Below, one piece after another: positions 1 through 14,900 of a stretch of DNA of 55,957 bases. Origin of the DNA: a bacterium (GTDB taxonomy: Bacteria; Myxococcota_A; UBA9042); the NCBI GenBank assembly GCA_030425545.1, contig JAUIAC010000005.1, positions 1 through 55,957 of the forward strand, read 5' to 3'. The first letter of the stretch is position 1; the number at the start of each line of letters is the position of its first letter. The notes beneath the pieces were generated by a model. That model made no database searches. It was not told the DNA's origin and saw only the letters and a list, made by a program, of their open reading frames with translations. The position numbers and the translations under genes are program-made.

Positions 1-1094
1 CCGCCGAGCGGGCGGGCAGCCTGGGCCAGGCGCACGCGGCGTGGCTCGAGGTGCTGCGTCACCCGCTGACGCCGGCCCAGAGGAAGCGGGCCAAGGCTCA
101 GGCCGACCGGCTGTCGACTCAGGTGCCCGCCGATCACGCCCCGGTGCTGATTCAGGTGTCGCCGGCGCACGCGCGGGTCGTGCTGGAGCGCACCGACGAC
201 AAGACCCAGCGGCTGATGCTCAGCGACGGCGTCGTGTGGTTGAAGGCGGGCACCTGGCAGGCGGCGTCGAGCGCGGACGGCTTCAAGAGCGAGCTGCGCG
301 GCTTCCGGGTCCGCCGCCGCGGAGCCCAAACGGTGGTGATCCAGCTGGAGAAAGGCGCCGGCGCCCCACGCATCGCTGGCATGCGGCCCGCGCGGGTGGC
401 GAGCGGGACGGAGCCGTCGCCAGCGCGCGACCCAGGTGCCCCCGCAACGAAGGACCCAGCCGCCAAGGACCCAGCCACCAAGGACCCAGCCACGAAAGAC
501 CCGGCTGGCCAGGGCGCCATCGCGCAGGGACCCGACGGCACAGGTCCCGCCGCGAAGGACCCCGCCACGAAGGACCCGGCAACGCCAGACCCCACCGGCA
601 AGGACCCCGCGGGATCGGACCCGGCTGGCAAGGACCCCGCGATGGCGGCGGGTGGCGCCGACCCGGCGAACTCGGACCCTGCCGACCCAGCGTCGGGCGC
701 GGGGACGCCGGGTGACGGGGTGACCGAGCGCCGCGCCGCCGGGACCAGCGCGCTCCACAAGTGGGGCCCGATCGCGACGGCGGGGCTCGGCGTGGTCGCG
801 CTGGGCGTCGGCGGCTACCTGGGCTTCAACGCGACACAGTGGGCCGACCAGGCCAACGCGCTGTCGCCCACCCGCAGCGACTACCGAACGCAGCTCGACT
901 TCTACGCCGACGGCGCCACCACACGCGCCACCGCCGCCACGGGGCTCTTTGTCGCCGGCGGCGTGTTGGCGGCCGCTGGGACCGCGTGGTGGCTCTTCGC
1001 GCCGCGCCGGAGCCACGTGGCGGACGCACACCCCCTGGCCCCGGCCGGGGTGCTCTTCACAGGTCAAAGCTGGAGCGCGCTCTGGCGCTTCTGA
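1..1094 (+). CDS. 5'-truncated TPR/PEGA-type membrane or secreted protein with Asp-Pro repeat linker and hydrophobic C-terminus
   Basis: The frame of ORF 51..1094 is open to the window edge (AERAGSLGQAHAAWLEVLRH, TPR-like helix). It continues through a short beta-rich domain, a KDPA(T/A) linker and two Gly/Ala-rich hydrophobic segments, and ends in WRF. This resembles myxobacterial TPR-PEGA proteins. Confidence 0.6.
   Translation, partial: AERAGSLGQAHAAWLEVLRHPLTPAQRKRAKAQADRLSTQVPADHAPVLIQVSPAHARVVLERTDDKTQRLMLSDGVVWLKAGTWQAASSADGFKSELRGFRVRRRGAQTVVIQLEKGAGAPRIAGMRPARVASGTEPSPARDPGAPATKDPAAKDPATKDPATKDPAGQGAIAQGPDGTGPAAKDPATKDPATPDPTGKDPAGSDPAGKDPAMAAGGADPANSDPADPASGAGTPGDGVTERRAAGTSALHKWGPIATAGLGVVALGVGGYLGFNATQWADQANALSPTRSDYRTQLDFYADGATTRATAATGLFVAGGVLAAAGTAWWLFAPRRSHVADAHPLAPAGVLFTGQSWSALWRF
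427..690 (+). repeat. 15-bp coding tandem repeat (aaggacccagccacc-like; KDPAT pentapeptide), 14 DP dipeptides
   Basis: Four consecutive units at 450-509, then degenerate copies to about 690. Confidence 0.9.
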
Positions 1095-1151
1095 GCGCGT
1101 CCGGACCCTCGGTCCCGCCGCGCTGCTCACCCGTGCCCCTTGGGGACCACC

Positions 1152-4408
<3,257 letters not shown>

Positions 4409-4412
<4 letters not shown>

Positions 4413-5902
4413 GCTTTGTCCCTGGCCCGGCCGAGCGTGTCCCCGAGCCCCGGCCTCCGGTCGACTACGCCGCGGTCAAGCGCGTGCACCTCATGGGCAT
4501 CGGCGGCTCCGCCATGGGCAACTTCGCCGGGATGTTGCAGGCCCGCGGGCTCGAGGTGCGCGGCTCGGACGCCGGCATCTTCGACCCGATGCGCAGCAAC
4601 CTCGAGAGCTGGGGCATCCCCTTTGTCGAGGGCTATCAGGCCGCCAACCTGGACTGGAAGCCGGACCTGGTCATCGTCGGCAACGTCATTCGCCGGGACA
4701 ACCCGGAGGCCGAGGGCATGCGCGCCGCCAACCTGCCCTACGCCTCGTTCCCCGAGGCGCTGGGAGAGTGGCTCCTGCGCGAGCGCACGCCCGTGGTGGT
4801 CACGGGGACCCACGGCAAGACGACCACCACCTCGCTGACCGCCTGGCTGCTCGAGGCCACGGGGCGTTCGCCGGGGCTGCTGGTGGGCGGCGTCCCCGCG
4901 AACCTGGGCAAGTCCTTTCAGGCTGGCGAGGGCGACACCTTCGTCATCGAGGGCGACGAGTACGACACGGCCTACTACGACAAGCGGCCGAAGTTCGTGC
5001 ACTACCGGCCGCACCACACCATCTTGACCTCGGTGGAGTTCGACCACGCCGACATCTACCCCGACTTCGCCGCGGTGAGCCGGGCCTTTCGCCTCCTGGC
5101 CTCGCTGGTCCACCCCGAGGGTCAGCTCTGCGCCTGGGGCGGAGACGCTCGGGTCACCGACGTGCTCGACGCATGCCGGGCCAAGGTCGTGCGCTACGGG
5201 TTGGCCGGCGACGCCGACGATCTCGACGCGGTGGCGACGCTGCACGAGCTGGGGCCAGACGGCGCGCACTTCGACCTGCACCTGCACGGCGCGCTGGTCG
5301 GGCGCTTTCACTCCCCCATGGCCGGCGAGCACAACGTGCGCAACGCCACCGCGGCGCTGCTGACGGTGCTCGACCTGGGTGTGAGCGTGGCCGACGCCCA
5401 GGCGGCGCTCAAGCGCTTCCGGGGGATCAAGAAGCGGCAGGAGATCCGTGGCGTGGTCGACGGGGTCACGGTCATCGACGACTACGCCCACCACCCCACC
5501 GCCGTGCAAGAGACCATCGCCGCCATTCGCGCCGCCTACCCGGGCAGCAAGCTGTGGGCGCTCTTCGAGGCCGAGTCCAACACGTCGCGGCGCAAGATCT
5601 TCGAGCAGCGCTACCCGCCCGCGTTCGCGCAGGCCGACGAGGTCATCTTCTGCAGCCCCCTGCGCAAGAGCACCGACAAGCTCCGGGACGACGAGGTGCT
5701 CGACGTCGCGGCCATGGTCGGCGCCATCGCGGCCTCGGGCACGCCGGCGCGCTACCTGCCTGAGGTGCCGGACATCGTGGACATCGTGACAGCTGAAGCG
5801 GCGCCCGGTGACGTGATCCTGGGCATGAGCGGGCGCAACTTCCGTGGGCTGCACGGGGATCTGCTCGAGCGCCTCGCCGCGCGTCCGCCCCAAGCGGGGT
5901 GA
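4409..5902 (+). CDS. mpl: Mur ligase family, most likely murein peptide ligase Mpl (MurC-like)
   Basis: HLMGIGGSAMG, GTHGKTTTTS, EGDEYDTAYYDKRPKFVHYRP, EFDHADIY and DDYAHHPT. The DTA.xDKR.KF motif is typical of Mpl. ATGA overlap with the upstream gene. Confidence 0.85.
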
Positions 5903-5973
5903 AGCCGCCCGCCTGAGACGTCGCAGACGAGCCGCCACCACGGGCTGAAAGCCCGAATTCCTGCGGATTTCGC

Positions 5974-6003
5974 TTGACATCCAGGGCTCCCTGCCCGCAG
6001 GCT
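5974..6003 (+). promoter_or_regulatory. Putative sigma70 promoter of rpsA
   Basis: Perfect TTGACA at 5974-5979, but only a weak -10 (CAGGCT, 18-bp spacer). Preceded by the hairpin cgggct-gaa-agcccg at 5941-5955. Confidence 0.4.
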
Positions 6004-6122
6004 TCGGCGCCTTTTGAATCAGGAGGCAGGTGCGCGCGGACCCCAATACCGCACGCAGGGCAGTGCCCGACGCGTACCTCTGATCACACTTCAGCGCCCA
6101 GCGAGCACCCCAGGAATCATCC

Positions 6123-7838
<1,716 letters not shown>

Positions 7839-7876
7839 TCAGCGCCGCCGGAGCTTCGGCTCTCTCGCAGCATCGC

Positions 7877-7919
7877 GACCGCCCCGCACGCCCCCAGCGT
7901 GCGGGGCGGTCCGCGTTTT
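7877..7919 (+). terminator. Intrinsic terminator of rpsA
   Basis: 15-bp perfect stem gaccgccccgcacgc/gcgtgcggggcggtc (7877-7911) followed by cgcgtttt, between convergent genes. Confidence 0.8.
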
Positions 7920-7932
7920 GGCCCGCGGGTGC

Positions 7933-8844
7933 TCAGGGGGCGGCGTCATGGGTCGTCTCCTGGGGCCTTCCGACGCGCTCGTGGAGCCGGCTGGCCTCGT
8001 GCTCCGCGTCGAGCCAGTCCAGGCAGCACGGGAAGAGGGCGCCACCGACGCACCGGCCCGGGGACCAGGGCCGCTCGGTGAGCGCGCCGTGCGAGGCCAG
8101 GGGCGCGTCCCAGTCCCCGTCCCGTGAGCGGGCCCAGACGGCGGGGGCGGCGGGGGTGACGGCCGCGGGCAGCGTCAGCGCCGCGAGCACGCGCGGCGTC
8201 TCGGGTGGCGAGCCCTCGCCGCGCACGTCCACGAGCCCGTGGAGCGCCAGCGTCCCACCAGAGTCCGTGAGGCGCAGCGTGCGGTCGAGGCGCACCAGCG
8301 TCGCCCCGGGGGGCAGCGACGGCTCCAGGCCCAGCTGACCCAGGAGCACCACCGACGTCCGCGGTGGGACGCACGGCGACGCCTCCACGCCGCCACGCCG
8401 CTCCCCACGCCAGAAGAGGCTGAGCCCAGCGAGGCTGATCGGCTCGTCGGCGCGCGACACGAGCTCCACCATCTCGTCTCTGCCGTTGCTGGCGCCGTCG
8501 CCGTCGAGATCGAGCCCGCCGGGGCTGAGGGCGACCTCGTTGATGACGAGCTCTCCCGTGCGGGGTGGCCGACACGCCCCGTGCAGCGTCCCCCGCTCGC
8601 CGTCGTGCCCGCCGGCCTCCGGCAGGGTCAGGCGGACGTCTCCGGGCGCCGCGTCCCGCCGGCCGGCCCACGTGGGGCTCGGCACACCGACGCAGCTGGC
8701 GAGCGTGAGCGCCAGGGCGCCGCCCCACGCCACGACCTGTGCCCGCCTCGGCCCTCCGGTGGCCCCACTGTCGCGCCCTCGAGGCCCTCTCTCGCGCTCA
8801 AACGTCCCGCCGTTGCCGGCGCTGCCCTGTGTGCTCCTGTCCAT
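7933..8844 (-). CDS. Lamin-tail-domain (LTD)-containing lipoprotein
   Basis: GGAGG RBS before ATG 8844 and lipobox LAS-C. GELVINEV...DLDGDG...RDEMVEL and L.L.DSGGTL.L motifs match LTD proteins. Confidence 0.7.
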   Translation of the reverse strand: MDRSTQGSAGNGGTFERERGPRGRDSGATGGPRRAQVVAWGGALALTLASCVGVPSPTWAGRRDAAPGDVRLTLPEAGGHDGERGTLHGACRPPRTGELVINEVALSPGGLDLDGDGASNGRDEMVELVSRADEPISLAGLSLFWRGERRGGVEASPCVPPRTSVVLLGQLGLEPSLPPGATLVRLDRTLRLTDSGGTLALHGLVDVRGEGSPPETPRVLAALTLPAAVTPAAPAVWARSRDGDWDAPLASHGALTERPWSPGRCVGGALFPCCLDWLDAEHEASRLHERVGRPQETTHDAAP

Positions 8845-8928
8845 GTCGACCTCCAAAGGGAAAAAAGCCCCCCTGTAGTCCGACGTGCGCCAGCGCGGTT
8901 TTCGTCACACCCCGCCTGGCAAGGGCGC

Positions 8929-8974
8929 AAAAAGACCGACGGCGCCGCCTCCGAGAGGGAGGCGGCGCCGTCGG
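8929..8974 (-). terminator. Intrinsic terminator of the 9021..10859 gene
   Basis: 17-bp perfect stem (8936-8952 / 8958-8974) followed on the minus strand by TCTTTTT. Confidence 0.88.
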
Positions 8975-9020
8975 CGCTGCTGGACGTCCGGCCGGGACCC
9001 GAGGTCCCCGCGTGGCGGCG

Positions 9021-10859
9021 CTACTTCGCGGCGGGGACAGCCTTGGGCGCGGCGGCCTTCGGCGCGCCAGCCGGCGGCGCGGCGGCGCCGCCCTTCTTCT
9101 GAGCGTCGATGGCCTTGGCGGCAGCCTCGAGGCGGCTCAGCATGTGGTTGAGCAGGATGTCGAACTCCCAGTCCCACGTCGCGTTGTTCGGCTTCTGAAC
9201 CTCACGCTGCTGCGTCGCGTAGATGAGCTTCATGTGCTCCACGCTGCGCGCGCCGAGCTTGAGCCCGACGAAGATGACCTGACGAAGCGTGGTGTCCGAG
9301 GGCGCCGACTTCTCGAAGGCCGCCAGCAGCGGCTTGACCACGTCCGCACCCTTGGCCGCGAGGTGGACCAGGCCAATGGCGGCCTTCTCCTTCTCGATGT
9401 TGCCGCCGTTCTTCAGGAAGCCGACATAGCACGCGTAGAGCTGACCGAGCTTGGACTTGGGATCCGGCGCGGCGTCCCAGGCCTGCTTGCACTGCTCCAC
9501 GACCTTCACCCGGCCGACGATGGTCGGGTCCTGAATCGCCTTCTGCGTGCCCTCGTTCTTGTCGGCCACAACCACCGACTGCCACTCGGCCCAGTTGGCC
9601 GGCTCGAGCGCGTAGGACATCGGGGTGATGAAGTCGCCCCGCTCGTTCGGCTGAATCGCGTTGTACGCCTTGACCATCTCCGTCCAGCTGTTGCTGGCGC
9701 CCGAGATGCTGAGGGCGATGAAGGGCATCGTGCGCTGCTCCACCGTCGGTCCCTGGGTCGCGGCGAGCTTGCCGATCTCGGCGGCGACCGGCTGCAGACC
9801 CTCGCCCATGGCGGCGAGCGCCCACATCGACAGCTGGATGCGGCTGGTGATGTAGCCGCTCCACGGGAAGCCGCGCTTCACGGTGTCCCAGATCTTCGGC
9901 TTGCCCGTGTCGGACGCGTCGATGGGCATGGCGATGCGCTTGACGATGGCGCCGGCGGTGCGCTTGTCGTGGAGGTCGCCCAGGATCTGGGTCAGCTTCG
10001 GCCCCTCGTTCCACTCCCACTTGAACAGGCCCTTCTCCTTGGCCCACTTCTCGAACTTCTCGTCCTTCTTCATGTAGATGCCGAGGATGCGACCCGCGAC
10101 CTGGTCCGGGGGGATCACGGCGAGCGCGAGACGCGCCTGACCGTAAGCCTCGGCGCGCGCGGCGTCCTTGATGAAGAGGGCGTTGACGTAGGTCTCGAAG
10201 GCCTTGTCGGTCTTCACGCGCAGCTTGGTCAGGTACTTCAGCGCCTTGATGTTGATGGCGATGCTCTGCTTGGACGGGTCCGCGTCGGCGAGCTCGAGCA
10301 GCAGGTCCACGTACTGGCGCTTGTCCTTCTCGTCGGGCAGCGAGAGCCACAGCGCGTCGAGCAGGTTGCCCTTGGCCTCGGCGTCCTTGACCCGCTTGAT
10401 GACCGCCGCCAGGGCCTTGACCACCGGCTTCTCAGGCGCCCAGTCCTTGCCCCGCTCGTGGCTGTCGCGCCGCCAGGTGCTGATGATGTTGGCCACCGTC
10501 GGCGCGCTGTCGAGGTGCCCGAGCGCCTTGACGAACATGCCCTGCACCCGCTTGTTCAGCTTGGGGCTCGCCTGACCGACGCTGTCGAGGGCCTCGACCA
10601 GCGCGACCCGGAACTTGCCCTCCTTGTCGATGATCTGACCGAAGCGCTCGAAGACCTTGTCGTTGTCGCACTTGAGCTGATCTTTGGACGAGAGGGCGCG
10701 GATCTCCTTGATCGCGGAGGTGCGCTCCCGGGGGTCCTCGCTCTTCTCGAGCACGAGGCTGTAGTAGCGGCACGACTTCTCGCCGCGCTGACAAGCTGGC
10801 AGCACGGTGGCGAAGGCCAGGGCGAACGCGAGGGTGCGCGCGAGGCGGCGTCGAGTCAT
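9021..10859 (-). CDS. HEAT/ARM-like all-helical lipoprotein of unknown function (612 aa)
   Basis: ATG 10859 after an AAGGGG RBS; MTRRRLAR...VLPA-C lipobox. Helical repeats (ERTSAIKEIRAL, RVALVEALDSVG, EKEKAAIGLVHL). The ORF-track extension to 11126 looks non-coding. Confidence 0.75.
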   Translation of the reverse strand: MTRRRLARTLAFALAFATVLPACQRGEKSCRYYSLVLEKSEDPRERTSAIKEIRALSSKDQLKCDNDKVFERFGQIIDKEGKFRVALVEALDSVGQASPKLNKRVQGMFVKALGHLDSAPTVANIISTWRRDSHERGKDWAPEKPVVKALAAVIKRVKDAEAKGNLLDALWLSLPDEKDKRQYVDLLLELADADPSKQSIAINIKALKYLTKLRVKTDKAFETYVNALFIKDAARAEAYGQARLALAVIPPDQVAGRILGIYMKKDEKFEKWAKEKGLFKWEWNEGPKLTQILGDLHDKRTAGAIVKRIAMPIDASDTGKPKIWDTVKRGFPWSGYITSRIQLSMWALAAMGEGLQPVAAEIGKLAATQGPTVEQRTMPFIALSISGASNSWTEMVKAYNAIQPNERGDFITPMSYALEPANWAEWQSVVVADKNEGTQKAIQDPTIVGRVKVVEQCKQAWDAAPDPKSKLGQLYACYVGFLKNGGNIEKEKAAIGLVHLAAKGADVVKPLLAAFEKSAPSDTTLRQVIFVGLKLGARSVEHMKLIYATQQREVQKPNNATWDWEFDILLNHMLSRLEAAAKAIDAQKKGGAAAPPAGAPKAAAPKAVPAAK

Positions 10860-11208
10860 GAGCTGGTTCCCCTTTGTGTGGTGTTCGCCGCGAGTGGGCG
10901 AAGCGGGTCGGGCGCCTTGGCCGAGGTCCGGGCGCGAGGTCCGGTGGCGGTGCTGGCGGTCACAGGCGGCAGGCCGACGTCCACGAATCAAGAGATTCGT
11001 GTGGTTGTCATGCGCTTTGCGACCGGAGGACGTTGCGACCAGGAGGGTGGAACCTCGCGGTCTTCGTTTGGCTGGCCGCGGCCCCGGGAGGGCAGACGGC
11101 CAGGGCGAGGGCGCTGACGCACCCATCGCGTTGCCGCGTTCCGCCCGCGTCGAGCCGTCGGGCCAGACACGAAAACGCAGCGGGATCCACTGCGCTTGGA
11201 ACGGCCGG

Positions 11209-11238
11209 AGTATAGGCGGGGCGCGTTTTTGCAGTCAA
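11209..11238 (-). promoter_or_regulatory. Near-consensus sigma70 promoter TTGACT-N18-TATACT
   Basis: -35 at 11238-11233 and -10 at 11214-11209, pointing toward the 10859 gene. Confidence 0.75.
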
Positions 11239-11423
11239 CCCGCGGCCATGCGGGCTAAGACCCAGACTTTTCTGGCTTTTTTTCGAGTTGCGGCGCGAGG
11301 GGCCAGCGGCGGAGGCCCCGGCGACGTCTGCGGCAACTTGCCGGGCGTCGACATGGCGCCCAAACTGCGTCGCAGAGGGCGTCTCTGCGGAGGGCTCGCC
11401 GACTGCACCCGGAGCGCGTGAAG

Positions 11424-11900
11424 ATGAGAAAATCCCTCGCAGCGGTGGCGGGTGTGGTGGCGTCGCTCAGCGTCGGGCTCGCGCTCGCCGGGGATCTGCC
11501 GCCGCCCAACATCCACCCCGCAGAGGCCGCGTTCACCCTCTTTGCCAAACCGGTGGTGCGCCGCACGGTGGTGCGGGGCGACCGGCAGGCGCTCGATGTG
11601 TGGCTGGTGTCCAAGCAGCCCTTCGCCAAGACCGGCGAGCGACTGCAGCAGGCCGCCGCGGTGCAGCTGACCCTCCCGCACGGCTACAAGGTCGTGCGCG
11701 CGACGTGGCTCGACGCAGACCAGACGTGGTGGGTGGACCTCGTCGGCGGCACCCACGAGGTGCGCGCTCGGGTGTCGCGCCACCGCGACGGGTCCCTGCT
11801 GGTGCTCGGGGGGCTCGGTCACAAGCGCGACGCGAAGCCCTGGGCGCCGCCGTACAAACCCCTGCCGATCAACCTGCCGCACGGGCCGATCCGGCCCTGA
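11424..11900 (+). CDS. Small secreted hypothetical protein
   Basis: GGAG RBS, Sec signal MRKSLAAVAGVVASLSVGLALA, beta-rich mature part; fills the gap between divergent and convergent neighbours. Confidence 0.6.
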   Translation: MRKSLAAVAGVVASLSVGLALAGDLPPPNIHPAEAAFTLFAKPVVRRTVVRGDRQALDVWLVSKQPFAKTGERLQQAAAVQLTLPHGYKVVRATWLDADQTWWVDLVGGTHEVRARVSRHRDGSLLVLGGLGHKRDAKPWAPPYKPLPINLPHGPIRP

Positions 11901-11909
11901 GCCGTCGGG

Positions 11910-14900
11910 TCAGGGGCCGACGCACGTGCGTGGCCAGGCCCGCAGCCCCGGCGTGGGCAGCCCCGTGCTCGCGGGCCCCGGGCTCAGCACGGCCGCCTGA
12001 GACGACGCGCTCCACACCGCCGAGACCGGCGGCCGCCACGGCGGTGGCGGGAGCGCAGACGGTGAGAACGCCGGCTTGGCGCCGAGCTGGAGGCCGCGGA
12101 GCGCCGGCTTGGCGCTCGGATCGCTGGGCAGCACCGCCACGAGCAGGTCGGCGATGCTGGGGTCGCCCAGCAACACCACCGCCCCGGCCGGCGCCGTCAC
12201 GTCCGAGGCCAGGAGCGTCCACGCCCCAGGTGCGCCTGGCTTGGCCGGGGCGAGCGGCCACGACCACAGCTGCAGCCCGCCTTTGGTCCCCAGCCAGAGC
12301 AGTCGATCGCCCGCGGCGTCGACCTGCAGCACGGCGCCGGCGACCGCCGAGGGGCCGCTGCCCTGCCCTTGCCACAGCGGCTGGGTCTTCAGCGTCGCGG
12401 TGGCGATGTGCCACAGCTGCGGCGCGCCGCCTGCCGCCGGCACGCCAAACACCCACGCGCTGCGGACGCCGCTGATGGTGGCCTCGGCGACGAGGCCGCC
12501 GGAGCGCACCGCAGGGAGCTGCGCCGCCTGGGTCTTGGACACCACGCTCCAGGTCCCGGTGGCGGTCGCGAAGCGCTCGGCTCCGGGCGCCGGCGGCAGC
12601 GACACGCCGCCGACCGCGGCGGTGGCTGGCGCCGGAAGCGCGGCCACGCCGCCCCACACCACCAGCTCGTCTGCCGCGGCGTGGACCGCCAGCGGCCAGG
12701 CGCGCTTCGACGCCCCCTTCGGCGCCTCGAAGCGCGCCCAAGCGTCCCCTTGCAGCCGCCAGGCCTGCGCAGACGCCTGCACGTCGAGCGTGTGCCCCAC
12801 GGCCGCGCCGCCCACCCAAACCCAGCCCGACGCCACCTTCGCCAGCGTGCGGCCGAGGGCCGGAGGCGGCGCCAGGGGGACGTCGCTCCAAGCGCTGCCC
12901 TCCAGGCGCCACACGGCGGCAGAGGGCGCGCTGACGCCGTGGCCCCAGGCGACGACCGCGCTCCCGCCCACGCGCGCGGCGTAGGCGCGGGTCACCTTTG
13001 GCGAGGGGTCGACGGTGGGGACAGACCAGGCGTCGGACAGCGTGTCGTAGCGCCGCAGGGACAGCAGGTCGTAGCCTGTGTCCTTGGGCGTGGCGGCGCC
13101 GTGCAACCAGAGCTGGTTCGGCGCCATGTCGCAGAGCAGCGCGCCCCCGTGCAGCGCAGCCCAGCCTGGGGCTGCCGGCGGCGCCGAGCGCTTGGTCCAC
13201 ACCCCGGCCTTCAGCCGCCACAGCGCGCCCACGTCGGAGGGCGTCGGCGTCGCAGGCGCGATGACCTTGGCGCCCGCTCCGCTCTGGGCCGGGGAGTGAC
13301 CGTAGAGCCAGAGCTGCCCGCTGGCGTCCTGGCACGCCGCGCTGCCGGCCGCCAGCGCCGGCTGTTGCTGCATCGGCTTCCAGGCGGAGGTGGCTGGGCT
13401 GAAGACGTGGACCGGCGGGCCGGAGCCCGCGCCGAGCCGGACGTGGACCAAGCCCTGGTCGGTGACAAAGGCCAACCCCCGCCCCGGCGTCCCCGTGTGC
13501 TGCAGCGGGGTGATCTTGCCGCTGACCGCGTCGACCCGCAGGTCGCCCTGAGCGCCGCCCGTGGCCGACGTGCCGCCGAGCACCCACCAGGCCGGCCCCG
13601 CTGGATCCACCGTCGCCGGGACCGCGACCAGCGTCGCCGAGACGCGCGCGAGCGCAGGGGCCTGTGCGAGCAGACGCCACCGCTTCTTCGCCGGGTCGAC
13701 GCACCAGAGCTCGCCTGAGGCCGCCGGCGTGGCTGCGTCCAGGCGCGCCACGAGCCCGCCGACGACACACAGGGAGCCAAAGCCGGCGGCGGCCGCGGCG
13801 GTGTCGGGCCACCGCGGCGCAGGGCCACCCGCGTCGAGCCCCACGTCGGCGTCAGCCCAGGTGTGTGGCAGCCCTTCGTCGGTGAGCCCGTCGCAGTCGT
13901 TGTCGAGGGTGTCGCACGTGAGCTCGTTGGGCCCCTCGTAGCCGGCGACGGCGGCAAAGCTGCACGACCAGGCGCCGGCCACGCACACGGGCGCGCCCTG
14001 CCCGCCGACACACACGCCGAGCGCCGGACAGGTCGGGGCGCCAGAGCCCGGGACGCCGTCGTCGGTCAGTCCGTCGCAGTCGTCGTCGACGCCATTGCAG
14101 GTCTCCGCCACGGCCTCCGACTTGGCGCCGTCGGCGTTGCTCGAGCAGGTCACGCCGCCCGCCGCGTTGCACTCGACGACGCCCTCGCCGCAGATACCGA
14201 GCCCCGTGCAGGCCCCGCCCAAGGTCACGCCCTGCCACACGAAGCCTTCGTCCGTGCTGCCGTCGCAGTCGTCGTCGGTGCCGTCACAGGTCTCCACCAG
14301 CGGCTTGACCCCAGGCGCGCCCGGCAAGGTCGAGCAGGTCGCGAGGCCGCCGCTCGCGCAGACGATGGTGCCCTTGCCGCAGGCGCCGACGCCCTCACAC
14401 GCCGCGCCCAGGCCGAGGCCCTGCCAGGTGAACCCCTCGTCGGTGGCGCCGTCGCAGTTGTCGTCGAGGCCGTTGCACACCTCGGGCTTGGCCTTCGACT
14501 GCGGGCCCTCAGGGTTCGTGGAGCACACCGGCTCGCCCTTGACGCTGCACACCACCTGACCAGCCCCGCAGGCGCCGCGCCCGACACAGCCGCCGCCCAG
14601 GGGCGTCCCCGACAGGCCGATGTCCTCGTCGGTCTGCCCGTCGCAGTCGTCGTCGAGGGTGTTGCACGACTCCGTCGCGGCCTCGCTGGCAGGCCCCTCG
14701 GGGTCGGTCGAGCACACCGCGGCGTCGACGTTGCCGCAGACCACCTTGCCCACGCCGCACTCGCCGGTGCCCAGGCATGGCGCGCCGACGGGCACGCCGG
14801 ACACGCTGAAGTCCTCGTCCGTCTCGCCGTCGCAGTCGTCGTCGACGCCGTTACACTGCTCGCCCTGGTCCTGGGAGCCTGGACCGCCGGGGTTCGACGA

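Noticed and set aside
11005-11035. ggtcgcaaagc on the minus strand resembling part of a c-di-GMP-I riboswitch
   Set aside because: I could not build the GNRA-loop/receptor P2-P3 architecture around it; kept only as an unexplained leader.
10860-11126. N-terminal extension of ORF 9021..11126, and similar over-long starts for mutY, uvrD, the response regulator and lipoproteins B/C
   Set aside because: The extensions are Arg/Pro-rich junk; RBS, signal peptides or stop/start overlaps identify downstream starts.
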